Source: an uncultured Eubacteriales bacterium (lineage in GTDB: Bacteria; Bacillota; Clostridia; Oscillospirales; CAG-382). From it: a stretch of DNA of 64,000 nt. This document shows, one piece after another, positions 1-8,925 of the stretch; the first letter of the stretch is position 1; each line of letters starts with the position of its first letter. The notes beneath the pieces are model-generated. The model ran no database searches, was not told the origin of the DNA, and saw only the letters and a program-made list of their open reading frames with translations. Both the position numbers and the translations under genes were made by a program. The stretch covers positions 143,814 to 207,813 of the forward strand of contig CAKSUT010000001.1 in the NCBI GenBank assembly GCA_934502885.1, in the 5' to 3' direction.

Positions 1-1003
1 AGCATTTTTGTTACGTTGCGTGTGAGCGCATAGACAAGAAGCGTTCCGCCGAGCGTATACGGCACAAGGACATCGGCAAGGTGAGCCGCCTTTCCCTCAG
101 CCGTTGACTTCAGCTTTTCGGAAGCCTCTATCATCTTTACGATACGGTCATAACGTCCGCCGCCCGCCGCTTTTTCGACCGCTATAATGCATTCGCCGTC
201 CTCAACGACAGTACCGGCGTAAACAAGACTGCCGACCGTTTTATGTACCGGGAGCGACTCGCCGGTCATTGCCGACTGATTGACGTCCGCCTCACCTTCG
301 GCAACCTTGCCGTCAAGCGGAATCATATTGCCGGTGCGGACAACGATGAGGTCGCCCTCCTTTATTTCGTCCGTGCCGACAAGAACCTCGCAGTCTTCGG
401 TCTTTTTCCAGACCTTATCAACATTAAGCGACATCGCTCCGGCAAGGTCGCTGACAGACTTCTTGTGCGTCCATTCCTCAAGCATTTCGCCGATACCAAG
501 CATGAACATTACCGAACCTGCGGTGTCGAAGCCGCCTCTTGCGAGCGATACGCCGACCGCCGTCGCATCAAGCACCGAAACCGAAAGCTTGCCGTGCAAG
601 AGCGATACGAGACCTTCCTTTATGTACTTGATCGAGCGGAAAACGGCAATTGCCGCGCGCACGGGAAGCGGAAGAAACATCTTTGAAAAAATTCTCTTTA
701 TCACGGAAAATACGAGCTTATCCTCAAATTCTCTGCTCAAAGCACGGCTTGTATGTTCGGGAACAACGCCGAGATTTTCGGCGTAACCGAACGAGAAGCG
801 CGAAAGTGCAGATAAAATCTTCTCTCGTCCGCAAGTGTGGCGCACAACGGCATTGCAGGTTCTGACAAAGACCTTGATGCTCCCAACGCCGCCGACACTT
901 CTTAGATAATATCGGCAACATCAGCCTGCTTCAACGTCATTTTGCCAATACAAAAGTGAACACGCATTCTGCCGCGCGATTCGTGCAGTATACAGCATTT
1001 CAT
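1..1003 (-). CDS. P-type cation ATPase (heavy-metal/P1B-like), N-terminal ~330 codons. The 3' end lies beyond the window start. The reading frame is interrupted near 902-920 (possible pseudogene or sequence error)
   Basis: My hand translation of the minus strand from 920 down to 1 is continuous. It reads ..YYLRSVGGVGSIKVF..LHGKLSVSVLDATAVGVSL..NQSAMTGESLPVHK.., with the TGES actuator motif at ~250-265. ATG at 1001-1003 has GGAGGT at 1012-1017 and opens MKCCILHESRGRMRVHF.., an N-terminus I recall for Clostridial heavy-metal-type ATPases. That frame stops at TAA 902-904, while the body frame is closed by TGA at 921-923. The gene is absent from the ORF track because it runs off the window. Confidence 0.7.
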
Positions 1004-1055
1004 ACCAAAATACCTCCAAAAAAGAAACTGCGCCGTTCTTAACAGCGCAGTACAT

Positions 1056-1355
1056 TCAACCACTTGACCTCATTGTCTTGTCGCATTCCGGCACTTCTTC
1101 GCAGTCGTTTACGACCTCTGCCTCCTCATCGGCGGCAATCTTTTCATTAAGTTCCCTTGCGTCCGAAAGAATATCATAGACATTCTCTCTGACCCCCGTT
1201 ACGGTCGTCATTATGTCATCTTTTGCACGAAAAGCCACAGCCGCAGCGTGTGTGTACGCTTTCTTTGCTTCTCTTCCGGAAAGAATCTTGATACCGGCAG
1301 TTCCGAAAAGAACTCCGCCAACAAACAAAGCCACTTTGCCGAGTCCGCAATTCAT
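1056..1355 (-). CDS. small membrane-anchored protein (YtxH/DUF6110-like, family not verified), first gene of the ATPase operon
   Basis: 99-aa ORF with an N-terminal hydrophobic helix (GKVALFVGGVLFGTAGIKIL) followed by a charged, acidic tail. It ends 52 nt upstream of the ATPase ATG on the same strand. Confidence 0.55.
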   Translation of the reverse strand: MNCGLGKVALFVGGVLFGTAGIKILSGREAKKAYTHAAAVAFRAKDDIMTTVTGVRENVYDILSDARELNEKIAADEEAEVVNDCEEVPECDKTMRSSG

Positions 1356-1490
1356 AATAATGGACTCCTGTGTTTTAATGATATCCCGTAGACCTATAAT
1401 TTACGAAGCCACACCGAAAGTCCGTGCTTACGCACCGTTTCTCAAAGGCACTCAAGCCGTCATGAAGGTAAAAGCTTCATATTTACAAAG

Positions 1491-1520
1491 AAAGCACCGA
1501 AATAAAACGGTGCTTTCTCT
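1491..1520 (-). terminator. hairpin 3' of the tRNA-Ser pair
   Basis: The stem is aaagcaccg / cggtgcttt (1491-1499 / 1508-1516). On the minus strand it is followed by a CTTTGT run. The U-tract is weak. Confidence 0.45.
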
Positions 1521-1521
1521 T

Positions 1522-1611
1522 TGGCGGAGTTGGAGAGATTTGAACTCTCGCGCCGGTTGCCCGACCTACACCCTTAGCAGGGGCGCCTCTTCACCACTTG
1601 AGTACAACTCC
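1522..1611 (-). tRNA. tRNA-Ser (anticodon GCT)
   Basis: The reverse complement reads GGAGTTGTACTCAAGTGGTGAAGAGGCGCCCCTGCTAAGGGTGTAGGTCGGGCAACCGGCGCGAGAGTTCAAATCTCTCCAACTCCGCCA. It has a 7-bp acceptor stem GGAGTTG/CAACTCC, anticodon loop CT-GCT-AA, a long variable arm, T-loop GTTCAAATC and an encoded CCA. Confidence 0.93.
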
Positions 1612-1679
1612 AAAAGGTGAAACCGCTCAACATATTTCGTTAAGCCGCAGAGAAAGCAGAAATGCTCGGAAAGAAAATG

Positions 1680-1768
1680 TGGCGGAGAGGGCGAGATTCG
1701 AACTCGCGGCTCCGTGAAGAGTCACCGGTTTTCAAGACCGGCTCCTTAAACCGCTCGGACACCTCTCC
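1680..1768 (-). tRNA. tRNA-Ser (anticodon TGA)
   Basis: The reverse complement reads GGAGAGGTGTCCGAGCGGTTTAAGGAGCCGGTCTTGAAAACCGGTGACTCTTCACGGAGCCGCGAGTTCGAATCTCGCCCTCTCCGCCA. It has acceptor stem GGAGAGG/CCTCTCC, anticodon loop CT-TGA-AA, a long variable arm and an encoded CCA. Confidence 0.93.
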
Positions 1769-1803
1769 GTAAAGTCTGTCCGCTTCCTGTCTGCAACGGT
1801 AGT

Positions 1804-1832
1804 ATTATAACACACATTAGGCAATTTGTCAA
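1804..1832 (-). promoter_or_regulatory. sigma-A consensus promoter for the tRNA-Ser pair
   Basis: On the minus strand: TTGACA (1827-1832), a 17-nt spacer, then TATAAT (1804-1809). It lies about 35 nt upstream of the tRNA 5' end. Confidence 0.75.
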
Positions 1833-1910
1833 GTGTTTTTTCAAAAAAAAGTAAATTTATGCAAAACATCAAAAAAACCACTATCCTCCTTTTTTCATCT
1901 GCCGCAACAC

Positions 1911-1944
1911 AAAAAAATCACCCGACCTTCAGGTGATCGGGTGA
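1911..1944 (-). terminator. rho-independent terminator of the 1067-aa gene
   Basis: The stem is tcacccga / tcgggtga (1918-1925 / 1937-1944). On the minus strand it is followed by T7 (plus-strand A-run 1911-1917). It lies 20 nt after the stop codon. Confidence 0.8.
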
Positions 1945-1964
1945 CTCAGAATTACACTTTAAAT

Positions 1965-4900
1965 TCAGTCGGCACTTCTCTTGGTTATTGTAACCTTTCT
2001 TGCCTTTGCGTCCCATTCAACGTCGGCACCGAGGTGTTCGGAGATAAATCTTATGGGAGTGTAGGTACGGTTATTCTCGATAAACGCCGGAGAATCAAGC
2101 TTTTCGACCTTGCCGTTTACCATGGCACTGCCGAGACCTATGGTGATTTCGATTGTAACCTTATCGCCGTTCTCGTCCTTGCCGACAATTGTAACGATAC
2201 GCTTTTTGGAATTCCATGTTACCTTTGCACCGAGGCTTTCCGCAACGAATCTCGCGGGGAGCATGGTGCGGTTCTTGACAATCTTCGGTGCAACGTCATT
2301 GGTAACAGTCTTGCCGAATACCAAAGCGTCAACGTCATCGATATAGAGGATTATCTTATCCGCAAGGGTGTTTACCTTTTTCCAACCGGCATAAAGAGTG
2401 AACTCTTCGGTTACTCTCGAGTCGAAGTCATATTCCTCTTCAAGGTCGCTGTCAACATACCAGCCGATGAACTCGTAGCCCTCTCTTGTGGGGTCGTCGG
2501 GTTCTGTGAGCTTTGCGTTCTTTGCGACGTATACGCTCTTGACTCTGCTGCCGCCGTTCGAATTGAAGGTTACGGTGTAGGTTACTATTCCGCCGCTTGA
2601 GGAGGAACGCTTATAAAGGAGAATTTCACCGTATATTATCTCGTAATTGTTCGTATCGTCGGGAGTGAAACGCCATGTGTAGTTTGTGTTGGACTTTATC
2701 TTCACGTCGTCGCCGAGAGGGTTGTTGTTGTCGTCCACCCACTCAACTATACCGGGAACATTGAAAGTCGAACCGTCAATTCTGATGAATGTATCGCGGA
2801 GAGTCTTGCCGGAGGACTTTATCTTGTCGTAATTCGGAAGTCCCGTGGGAATCGCCTTGGCAACGGAAATCGTTACGTTCTTTTCAACGGTTTCGTAGTT
2901 ATCAGTGTCTGACGGTGTGAAAATCGCCTTATACGTCTTTTCGCCTGCCGCATCGATCACCGTTTCGCCTTCCTTCCATCTCCATCCCTCGGGGAGAACA
3001 ACTGTCGAAAGCTTATCGCCGTAGGTTGCCTTGAGTTCTGTGGGGATAGTGTACTCGGGTTCTGCCTTAACTATCGCAAACACACCGCCGTCGATCGCGT
3101 TTTCTCCGAGTGCCGCAAGCACGTTTGCGCCTGCCTCAACGGATATAACTATCTTGTAGGTGCCTGTATTCTCGGGCGCTTTGTCGGTAAGTGCGTAAAC
3201 CGTGGGTTCAACGCCCTCGTAGAATACCGTTACCTTACCTGTACCGGTAAAGCCGTCCTTGAACGCCGCGGAAACAACCTTTGCGCCGTCGCCGTAAACA
3301 AGGTTTGCTGGAATCGTGACATCGAAGTCTTCCGCCTTGGGTGTTCTTGCGGAAATGCTCCACTCAATCTCCTTGTCTCCGGTCGTGCCGTCGTTCCACT
3401 TGCAGTTTTCCGCAAGCTTTGCCGTTACCTTGTATGTTCCTGCGTCTGTTTTCTTAACGTCGCCGGAAAGCGTATAACCTTCACCGTCGGCAACGCCCTG
3501 CTTCTCGGTTGTGTCGTAAAAAAGAGTTGTATCGGCAACAGGTATGTTCACCGTACCGAACACCTTAACCGTAAGCTCAACCTCAAAGGAATCGTAGTTT
3601 ACGGTATCCTCGGGAGTGAATATCGCAGTATAGGTCTTTTCCCCGACAGCACCCATAACGGTCTCGGAATTTTTCCATGTCCAGCCTGTCGGAAGGATTA
3701 CGCTCGCAAGAGTTTTGCCCTTTTCACCCTCGAGGTTTTCGGGCTTTGTGTATGTCGGAATGTTCTTTGCTATCTTCCAGGTGTATTCCTTTTCGGTCGT
3801 GCCGTCCTCAAATACATAGTTATCGGGATCCGCAACCTTTATCGTGAAAGTGTAATCATTGGCACCCTTTGCGGTTGTAACGCCGCTTACCGTCATGAAT
3901 GCGGAGTCGTAACCGGTAAGCTTATCGAGAATATCTATATCGCTTCCGGTATACTTTACAGTCTTGTCCTCGTCCGCAAGAACGGGAACGGCAAGCTCAC
4001 CCTTTGCGATTCTGTACACAGCGTTTGCGTTCTCTGCGGCAGAAAGGTCTTTTCCGCCTGCAAGAGCACTTCCGGGAATATTGACCGTGATTTTTTCGGA
4101 AGAAGCCTTCAAAGGCGTGCCGCTTACCTTAATCTTATAGGGGGAGACCGCACCTGCGGCAATAGATTCGCTTACGGTGAGTCCTTCGGGAAGATTGAGC
4201 CAGCTTGCAATGTCAGCCGCAGCAGCTTCGCTCTTGAAAGAGTCGCCTGTAACAGTGAGAACAATTTCGTCGGAAAGCACCTTGCCTACCTCGCCGGCAA
4301 TTGTAACGTCAGCCACACTTGCGCTTGCAGGGACGGAAAGATCCTTTGCTGTAATCTTTACGTAATTGTATGCGGCTATGTCATCCGTTCCGTTCCACTC
4401 TCCGGCTGCCGCTTCGGTCGCACCTACGGAAACCTTGACGTTTGCGGTGTTGAACACGGGAGCATACATGACAGCCTTCGTGCCGCCGGTCGCGGTGAGC
4501 GTTCCGCCGTCTAAAACAGCCTTGCCCTTGAAGCCGTTGTCACAAGCAACGCCGTAAAGCGCGCCGTTTGCCTTAAGCTCTCCGCCGTTCTCAACGTTTA
4601 TTGCCGCCGACGAGGTGTTGTTGCTGACGCCGTACTTAGAGCCGCCCTTGGCTTCTACGTATGCGCCGTCGGTAACGGTGATATTGCTCCAAACCCACAT
4701 ACCGCAGGTTGCGCCCTCGGCATAAAGCTTGCCTTTGCCTTTTACCGTAAGCGACGGACCTATGCTTCCGTTGCCGACATCTCCGAGTATCGCACTTGAG
4801 CTTTCGCTCTTAACTCTGTTTTCAGAGCCGTCGGCAAGAACTATTGTAAGCTCATGTTTTTCGTCGACTCTGTACGACCACGATATTGCTGCGCCGCTTG

Positions 4901-5168
4901 TCATGGTAACGTTAAGTCCGTTCAGCGTGAGCGTGCCGGTTGACGGGTCAAACACAGCGTTCGCACCCTCAGCAGTGCTGTTTGCGCCGACACCGTTGTG
5001 ATAATACATATTCGTCTCGTTAAGCTCCGCTCCGCCGACCTTTACGGAAAGCGTGGGTGCCGCATACGCCGTAAAAGGCACAAGTGACAGAAGCATCGCC
5101 GCACTGAGTATGAAGCTTACAATAACTCTTGCAAGTTTCGGTATTTTCTTTTCGTTTACGTTCAACAT
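1965..5168 (-). CDS. large secreted cell-surface protein with Ig-like repeats, a Flg_new-type repeat and a C-terminal Cu-amine-oxidase-N1-like domain
   Basis: Signal peptide KLARVIVSFILSAAMLLSLVPFTAYA. Repeated units end ..TYTAIFTPEDTVNYDS.., ..TYKAIFTPSDTDNYET.. and ..YTWRFTPDDTNNYEI... YTVTFNSNGGS..REGYEFIGWY is a Listeria-Bacteroides-type repeat. The C-terminal pair ..MLPARFVAESLGAKVTWNS.. / ..TYTPIRFISEHLGADVEWDA.. is of Cu_amine_oxidN1 type. GGAGGT lies 8 nt upstream of the ATG. Confidence 0.85.
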   Translation of the reverse strand: MLNVNEKKIPKLARVIVSFILSAAMLLSLVPFTAYAAPTLSVKVGGAELNETNMYYHNGVGANSTAEGANAVFDPSTGTLTLNGLNVTMTSGAAISWSYRVDEKHELTIVLADGSENRVKSESSSAILGDVGNGSIGPSLTVKGKGKLYAEGATCGMWVWSNITVTDGAYVEAKGGSKYGVSNNTSSAAINVENGGELKANGALYGVACDNGFKGKAVLDGGTLTATGGTKAVMYAPVFNTANVKVSVGATEAAAGEWNGTDDIAAYNYVKITAKDLSVPASASVADVTIAGEVGKVLSDEIVLTVTGDSFKSEAAAADIASWLNLPEGLTVSESIAAGAVSPYKIKVSGTPLKASSEKITVNIPGSALAGGKDLSAAENANAVYRIAKGELAVPVLADEDKTVKYTGSDIDILDKLTGYDSAFMTVSGVTTAKGANDYTFTIKVADPDNYVFEDGTTEKEYTWKIAKNIPTYTKPENLEGEKGKTLASVILPTGWTWKNSETVMGAVGEKTYTAIFTPEDTVNYDSFEVELTVKVFGTVNIPVADTTLFYDTTEKQGVADGEGYTLSGDVKKTDAGTYKVTAKLAENCKWNDGTTGDKEIEWSISARTPKAEDFDVTIPANLVYGDGAKVVSAAFKDGFTGTGKVTVFYEGVEPTVYALTDKAPENTGTYKIVISVEAGANVLAALGENAIDGGVFAIVKAEPEYTIPTELKATYGDKLSTVVLPEGWRWKEGETVIDAAGEKTYKAIFTPSDTDNYETVEKNVTISVAKAIPTGLPNYDKIKSSGKTLRDTFIRIDGSTFNVPGIVEWVDDNNNPLGDDVKIKSNTNYTWRFTPDDTNNYEIIYGEILLYKRSSSSGGIVTYTVTFNSNGGSRVKSVYVAKNAKLTEPDDPTREGYEFIGWYVDSDLEEEYDFDSRVTEEFTLYAGWKKVNTLADKIILYIDDVDALVFGKTVTNDVAPKIVKNRTMLPARFVAESLGAKVTWNSKKRIVTIVGKDENGDKVTIEITIGLGSAMVNGKVEKLDSPAFIENNRTYTPIRFISEHLGADVEWDAKARKVTITKRSAD

Positions 5169-5291
5169 AATCTTTTACCTCCTTGACAGATGATGTGTTT
5201 TCGTAAATACAATACTGCTTACACACTGTTAGACGTAATATTCCCAAAAAAGTTCCGCACCCGGGGAAATTTTCCGAATGCGGAGTGGAAA

Positions 5292-8200
5292 TTATCTCAA
5301 GGGTTTAAATACTCTGCCGAGAGAAACCTCTCCGCCGGCAAGATACTTCATGAAAAGCGAGAGATCATAAAGCGTGAGATTGCCGTCAAAGCTTACGTCA
5401 GCCGTAAAACTGTCGGGCAAAACCGTTCCGGACGCCTCAGACATTATCAGAGCCGAAAGATCGCCTGCGTCAACCTTGCCGTCAAGATTTACGTCTCCGT
5501 ATAAGCGGCAGACAATTCCGTTCTCCGAAAGAAGTTCCGCAAGCGTCTCGGCACGAGGAGAAAGGTAAACCGTATCGGGTATTCCGAGAATCGAAAAGTC
5601 ATCATCGGCAAGAGCGATTATATTCTCCGGAAGAAAAACTGTCTTTTCGCTTCCGTTATATGCAGTGAGCGTGCTGTCGGTGAAATCGAATTCCGAAACA
5701 ATTTCCACCTCAACGGTTTCCGACTTTATGCAGGAATTGTCACGCGGGAGAGTGTATGCAAGAACGGATTTGACCTTACTCGGTTCAAAGGTCATTGTGT
5801 CGGTGTCAAAATCGGAAATCCACGTCTCGCCGCCGTCAACCGAAAGAGCATAACTGTCGCCGTAGATGCTGTAAAGTCCCGACACAGTAATTCCTTTGCC
5901 GTCATATCTTGCCGAAAGCTCGGGAACGGCTTCTATATAGAATGTTTCCGCGGTTCTGTCGCCGATGACGTTGAAAAGCGTTCTCTTGGCACTGTCGTCA
6001 TAGGCATACCTTGACGTCGTCGTTCCGAACATTGCAAGATACCGTCTTCGTGTCTGCACGAACGTGTTTCCGCTGTACTCGGGAAGCCACTCCTCCTTGT
6101 TCGCCATGGTGACTGTACAGTAATCGACCGAGTCGAAGAAAAGGTTGTTATCAATATGGAAATTCGTCGCAGGGTTATCCGAACCCGTGCGGATATGCGT
6201 CATGAGTCCGGGGTTCGGTCTCTGCTTTCCGAAGCCGTAACCGGCATAGTACATGAGATTGTCGGTATAGTATATATCGGACATCATGGGGTAAGGGTAC
6301 TTCACATACTCGGAAGCGAGTCTCGAGAGGAAGTACTCAATATTGTATACGTTGTATTCGAGAACATTGTTTGTGAACTTTACGTCCTTCATGTAAGCGT
6401 TGGTCTCAATATTCGTTCCGTCGCCTCCCACATTTGCCCCTCTGCCCTGATGTGTGATGCCGGCGTCGTAGCACTGGTAAACGTAGCAGTTATTTATATA
6501 GAAGCCGTCGCAGTTCTGCCATATCTCGATGCCGTTTCCGAAACGCGTCACCGTGCCGAACTCGCCGGCAGTGCTTTTCTCGTACATCTGCACAACGCCG
6601 CCTATCCAGCCTATCTCAAGGTTTTGGAAAATGGTTTTCTCAGGTGCGCCGCCGCCGAAGCCGTGCGAGCCGCCGTACTTTATGCAGATGTTGTCCGCAA
6701 CGGTATTCGAGGCATTCTGAACAATGTGCGTTCTCGTGTTGAACTCTATCGAGTCGAAAACTTCTCCGGGATTTCCCCTATCGCAGCGCAGATAGAGTAC
6801 CGAGCCTGTAAGCTTCGGAACGTAGACGCTCGTCTGACCGTCGGTATACTCATTGAAAAACTCGAGGTCGTTGTCGAGGCAGGTCTCGACCGTAAACGGT
6901 ACTTCTTTTTTTGTACCTCTGACAAAGTATTCTCCATCGTAATAGTCCGGTATCTCCTTTACGGAGTTTTCCTCACCCTCGTTGAAAACGATAACGCCGA
7001 CGTCGGGAAGGTATGTCGCATACTTCCATATCTTCGCACCTGTGGCATTGTCGCTGTAATAAAGCGTCCATTTTTCGGACTCTGCACCGTTCTCAGGAGA
7101 GCCGTAGAAGGTGGGCTTTGCGTCGCCGAGATTTCCCGTGTACGCCGAGTAGTCGACTCCGGCAGTGAGTGTAAGCGCAGGTGAATTTGCGTTCTTGCGT
7201 CTCCAGAGACCGCCCCTCTCAAAAAGCACGAGAGTGTCTCCTTCAACGTAGTTTTTATCTTTTGAAACAGCGTTTACCTTGGAGAGACTTTTCCATGCCG
7301 TTTCCGGGGAAAGTCCGTCGGCGGTATCGTCGCCGTTCGGGGAAACGTAGAAAGTTACCGCATAGTCTTTCGGATCGAGAGCGGACGGAGTGTTTCTTAT
7401 CTCGTCTATTCTCTCGCTTCTCTTGACAAGAGCCTCTTCCGCAATATATTCTCCGCTTCTGCCGCTGACCTTAACCTCGCATATCTCGCCTGCCGGATAG
7501 CCGTTCTCTGCGACGTAGCGCACTTCGTATATGCCGGGCTTAAGTCCCGTGACCGTATTTCCCTCCGCCGCGGTGAAATTCTCTTCGCCTTTGAGTCTGT
7601 ACTCTATTATTCGGCTCATGCCGGTAAGAGTGCCGTCGCTTGAGTCGGGACGGCTTGCGGTAATAGACGACACATAAAGCGGAAAGGGCTTGTTTGCTCT
7701 GTTGATAAAGTGAGCGGTGTTAATCTCCTTATCGACCGTCGCAACTTCATCGGTAAAGAAGGTCTCTCCGTCGCCCACCGCTTCGCTGATAGCCGCATAA
7801 CCGTCGTCGGCCTTCAGGCGGAATTTTGCAAGTCCTTCTATCGTCGCTCTGCCGTTATCGCTTGCAAACATCGCATATATACCCATATCCGGCTCTGCGG
7901 ATTTTCCGGAAAAGCTGTATGCGCCGTTTCCGTTGACTGCGATATTGATTGCTCCGCAGATTCTGTCTATGTAACTTATGCTGAATTTCTGAACAGTACC
8001 GGAGTTTAAAGTAACGTTAATATTGCCGCCTATCGTCCCGCTTGCATAAACTCCGTTCACCTTTGCAATATCGTTTCCGAGGTTTATTGACCCGGGCAGA
8101 TACTCGGCGGAGTTTATAACGAGATTGACGTCACCCGAAACGCCGCGCGTCTTCGTTGCGGCTTGTATCGACGAAAACTTTCCGCTGTTTATCTCGATAT

Positions 8201-8807
8201 ACGTGTCGCCGTCAATCGCCGCGCTCTCCGCGCCGCCGCGAAGGACAAGGTACTGTGTGGTCGCAACATATTCGCCGTCAGCAAGGAGGTTTTGGTCCTC
8301 CGGCGTACCCATGAGAACCTCGACGCCCTCGCCGAAAATCATTTTGTGACCGTTGCCGTGCATAAAGGTATTCTGTCTTGAAACAAAGGTGATGTTCTCG
8401 TAGCGCACATCGCCTCTCTGGTGGAACTGCGCCGTGAGGACAAGCTTTGCACCGTTTGTTTCGGCGTAATCAACACCGCCGTATTTGCTCGTGAACACTA
8501 CCGTTCCGGTATACTGCTTCGCCGCAACTCTTCTCGTGTAGTCGTAAAACCGCGTTCTTCCGGATACGACTATTGTGCCGCCGTCACTGTCCGTGAAATA
8601 ACCGTAGGCTTCCGCAATACTCGTAAACGGGAATTCGGCACTCATACCCTGCTCCGACGTTTCCTCGCCCGTCACGGTATATGAGCCGTCAAGGAAAACG
8701 ACGTCCGAAACCTCCGTTTCATCTGCTGCGTATACGGTAAAAAGCGACAGGAGAACCGCAATTGCCGCCGCAAGAACCGCCGTGTACACTATGTTTTTGT
8801 TATGCAT
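5292..8807 (-). CDS. secreted beta-helix-type protein with a C-terminal type-I dockerin
   Basis: The start was moved to ATG 8805-8807 (MHNKNIVYTAVLAAAIAVLLSLFTVYA signal peptide; GGAGGT at 8813-8818). A central segment ..YVSPNGDDTADGLSPETAWKSL.. has a right-handed beta-helix-like character. The C-terminus YGDVNLDGKVDAGDLSALI...ADVSFDGNLTLYDLSLFMKYL carries two Ca-binding dockerin segments (~5322-5507). Confidence 0.85.
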   Translation of the reverse strand: MHNKNIVYTAVLAAAIAVLLSLFTVYAADETEVSDVVFLDGSYTVTGEETSEQGMSAEFPFTSIAEAYGYFTDSDGGTIVVSGRTRFYDYTRRVAAKQYTGTVVFTSKYGGVDYAETNGAKLVLTAQFHQRGDVRYENITFVSRQNTFMHGNGHKMIFGEGVEVLMGTPEDQNLLADGEYVATTQYLVLRGGAESAAIDGDTYIEINSGKFSSIQAATKTRGVSGDVNLVINSAEYLPGSINLGNDIAKVNGVYASGTIGGNINVTLNSGTVQKFSISYIDRICGAINIAVNGNGAYSFSGKSAEPDMGIYAMFASDNGRATIEGLAKFRLKADDGYAAISEAVGDGETFFTDEVATVDKEINTAHFINRANKPFPLYVSSITASRPDSSDGTLTGMSRIIEYRLKGEENFTAAEGNTVTGLKPGIYEVRYVAENGYPAGEICEVKVSGRSGEYIAEEALVKRSERIDEIRNTPSALDPKDYAVTFYVSPNGDDTADGLSPETAWKSLSKVNAVSKDKNYVEGDTLVLFERGGLWRRKNANSPALTLTAGVDYSAYTGNLGDAKPTFYGSPENGAESEKWTLYYSDNATGAKIWKYATYLPDVGVIVFNEGEENSVKEIPDYYDGEYFVRGTKKEVPFTVETCLDNDLEFFNEYTDGQTSVYVPKLTGSVLYLRCDRGNPGEVFDSIEFNTRTHIVQNASNTVADNICIKYGGSHGFGGGAPEKTIFQNLEIGWIGGVVQMYEKSTAGEFGTVTRFGNGIEIWQNCDGFYINNCYVYQCYDAGITHQGRGANVGGDGTNIETNAYMKDVKFTNNVLEYNVYNIEYFLSRLASEYVKYPYPMMSDIYYTDNLMYYAGYGFGKQRPNPGLMTHIRTGSDNPATNFHIDNNLFFDSVDYCTVTMANKEEWLPEYSGNTFVQTRRRYLAMFGTTTSRYAYDDSAKRTLFNVIGDRTAETFYIEAVPELSARYDGKGITVSGLYSIYGDSYALSVDGGETWISDFDTDTMTFEPSKVKSVLAYTLPRDNSCIKSETVEVEIVSEFDFTDSTLTAYNGSEKTVFLPENIIALADDDFSILGIPDTVYLSPRAETLAELLSENGIVCRLYGDVNLDGKVDAGDLSALIMSEASGTVLPDSFTADVSFDGNLTLYDLSLFMKYLAGGEVSLGRVFKPLR

Positions 8808-8925
8808 ATAAAACCTCCGTGATCCATTATTCAAGCACAAAGGTAATATACCACTCTTTTAAAAACGGCAATACAACTTATTGTAAACTTTCATATTTGT
8901 GTACGATATGCTGTGCTTCTTGCGT

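Noticed and set aside
243-921. Track ORFs 243-686(+), 280-786(+), 650-865(+) and 724-921(-) at the window start.
   Set aside because: The minus-strand translation of the same DNA gives a continuous P-type ATPase sequence with a TGES motif. The listed ORFs are off-frame or antisense by-products. ORF 724-921(-) is the third frame across the frameshift site.
1356-1521. I looked for a metal-sensing riboswitch (NiCo/czcD or yybP-ykoY type) upstream of the small-protein/ATPase operon.
   Set aside because: I could not recognise any conserved core of either motif. The region contains only the tRNA-side terminator hairpin and an unremarkable leader. An Rfam scan would settle this.
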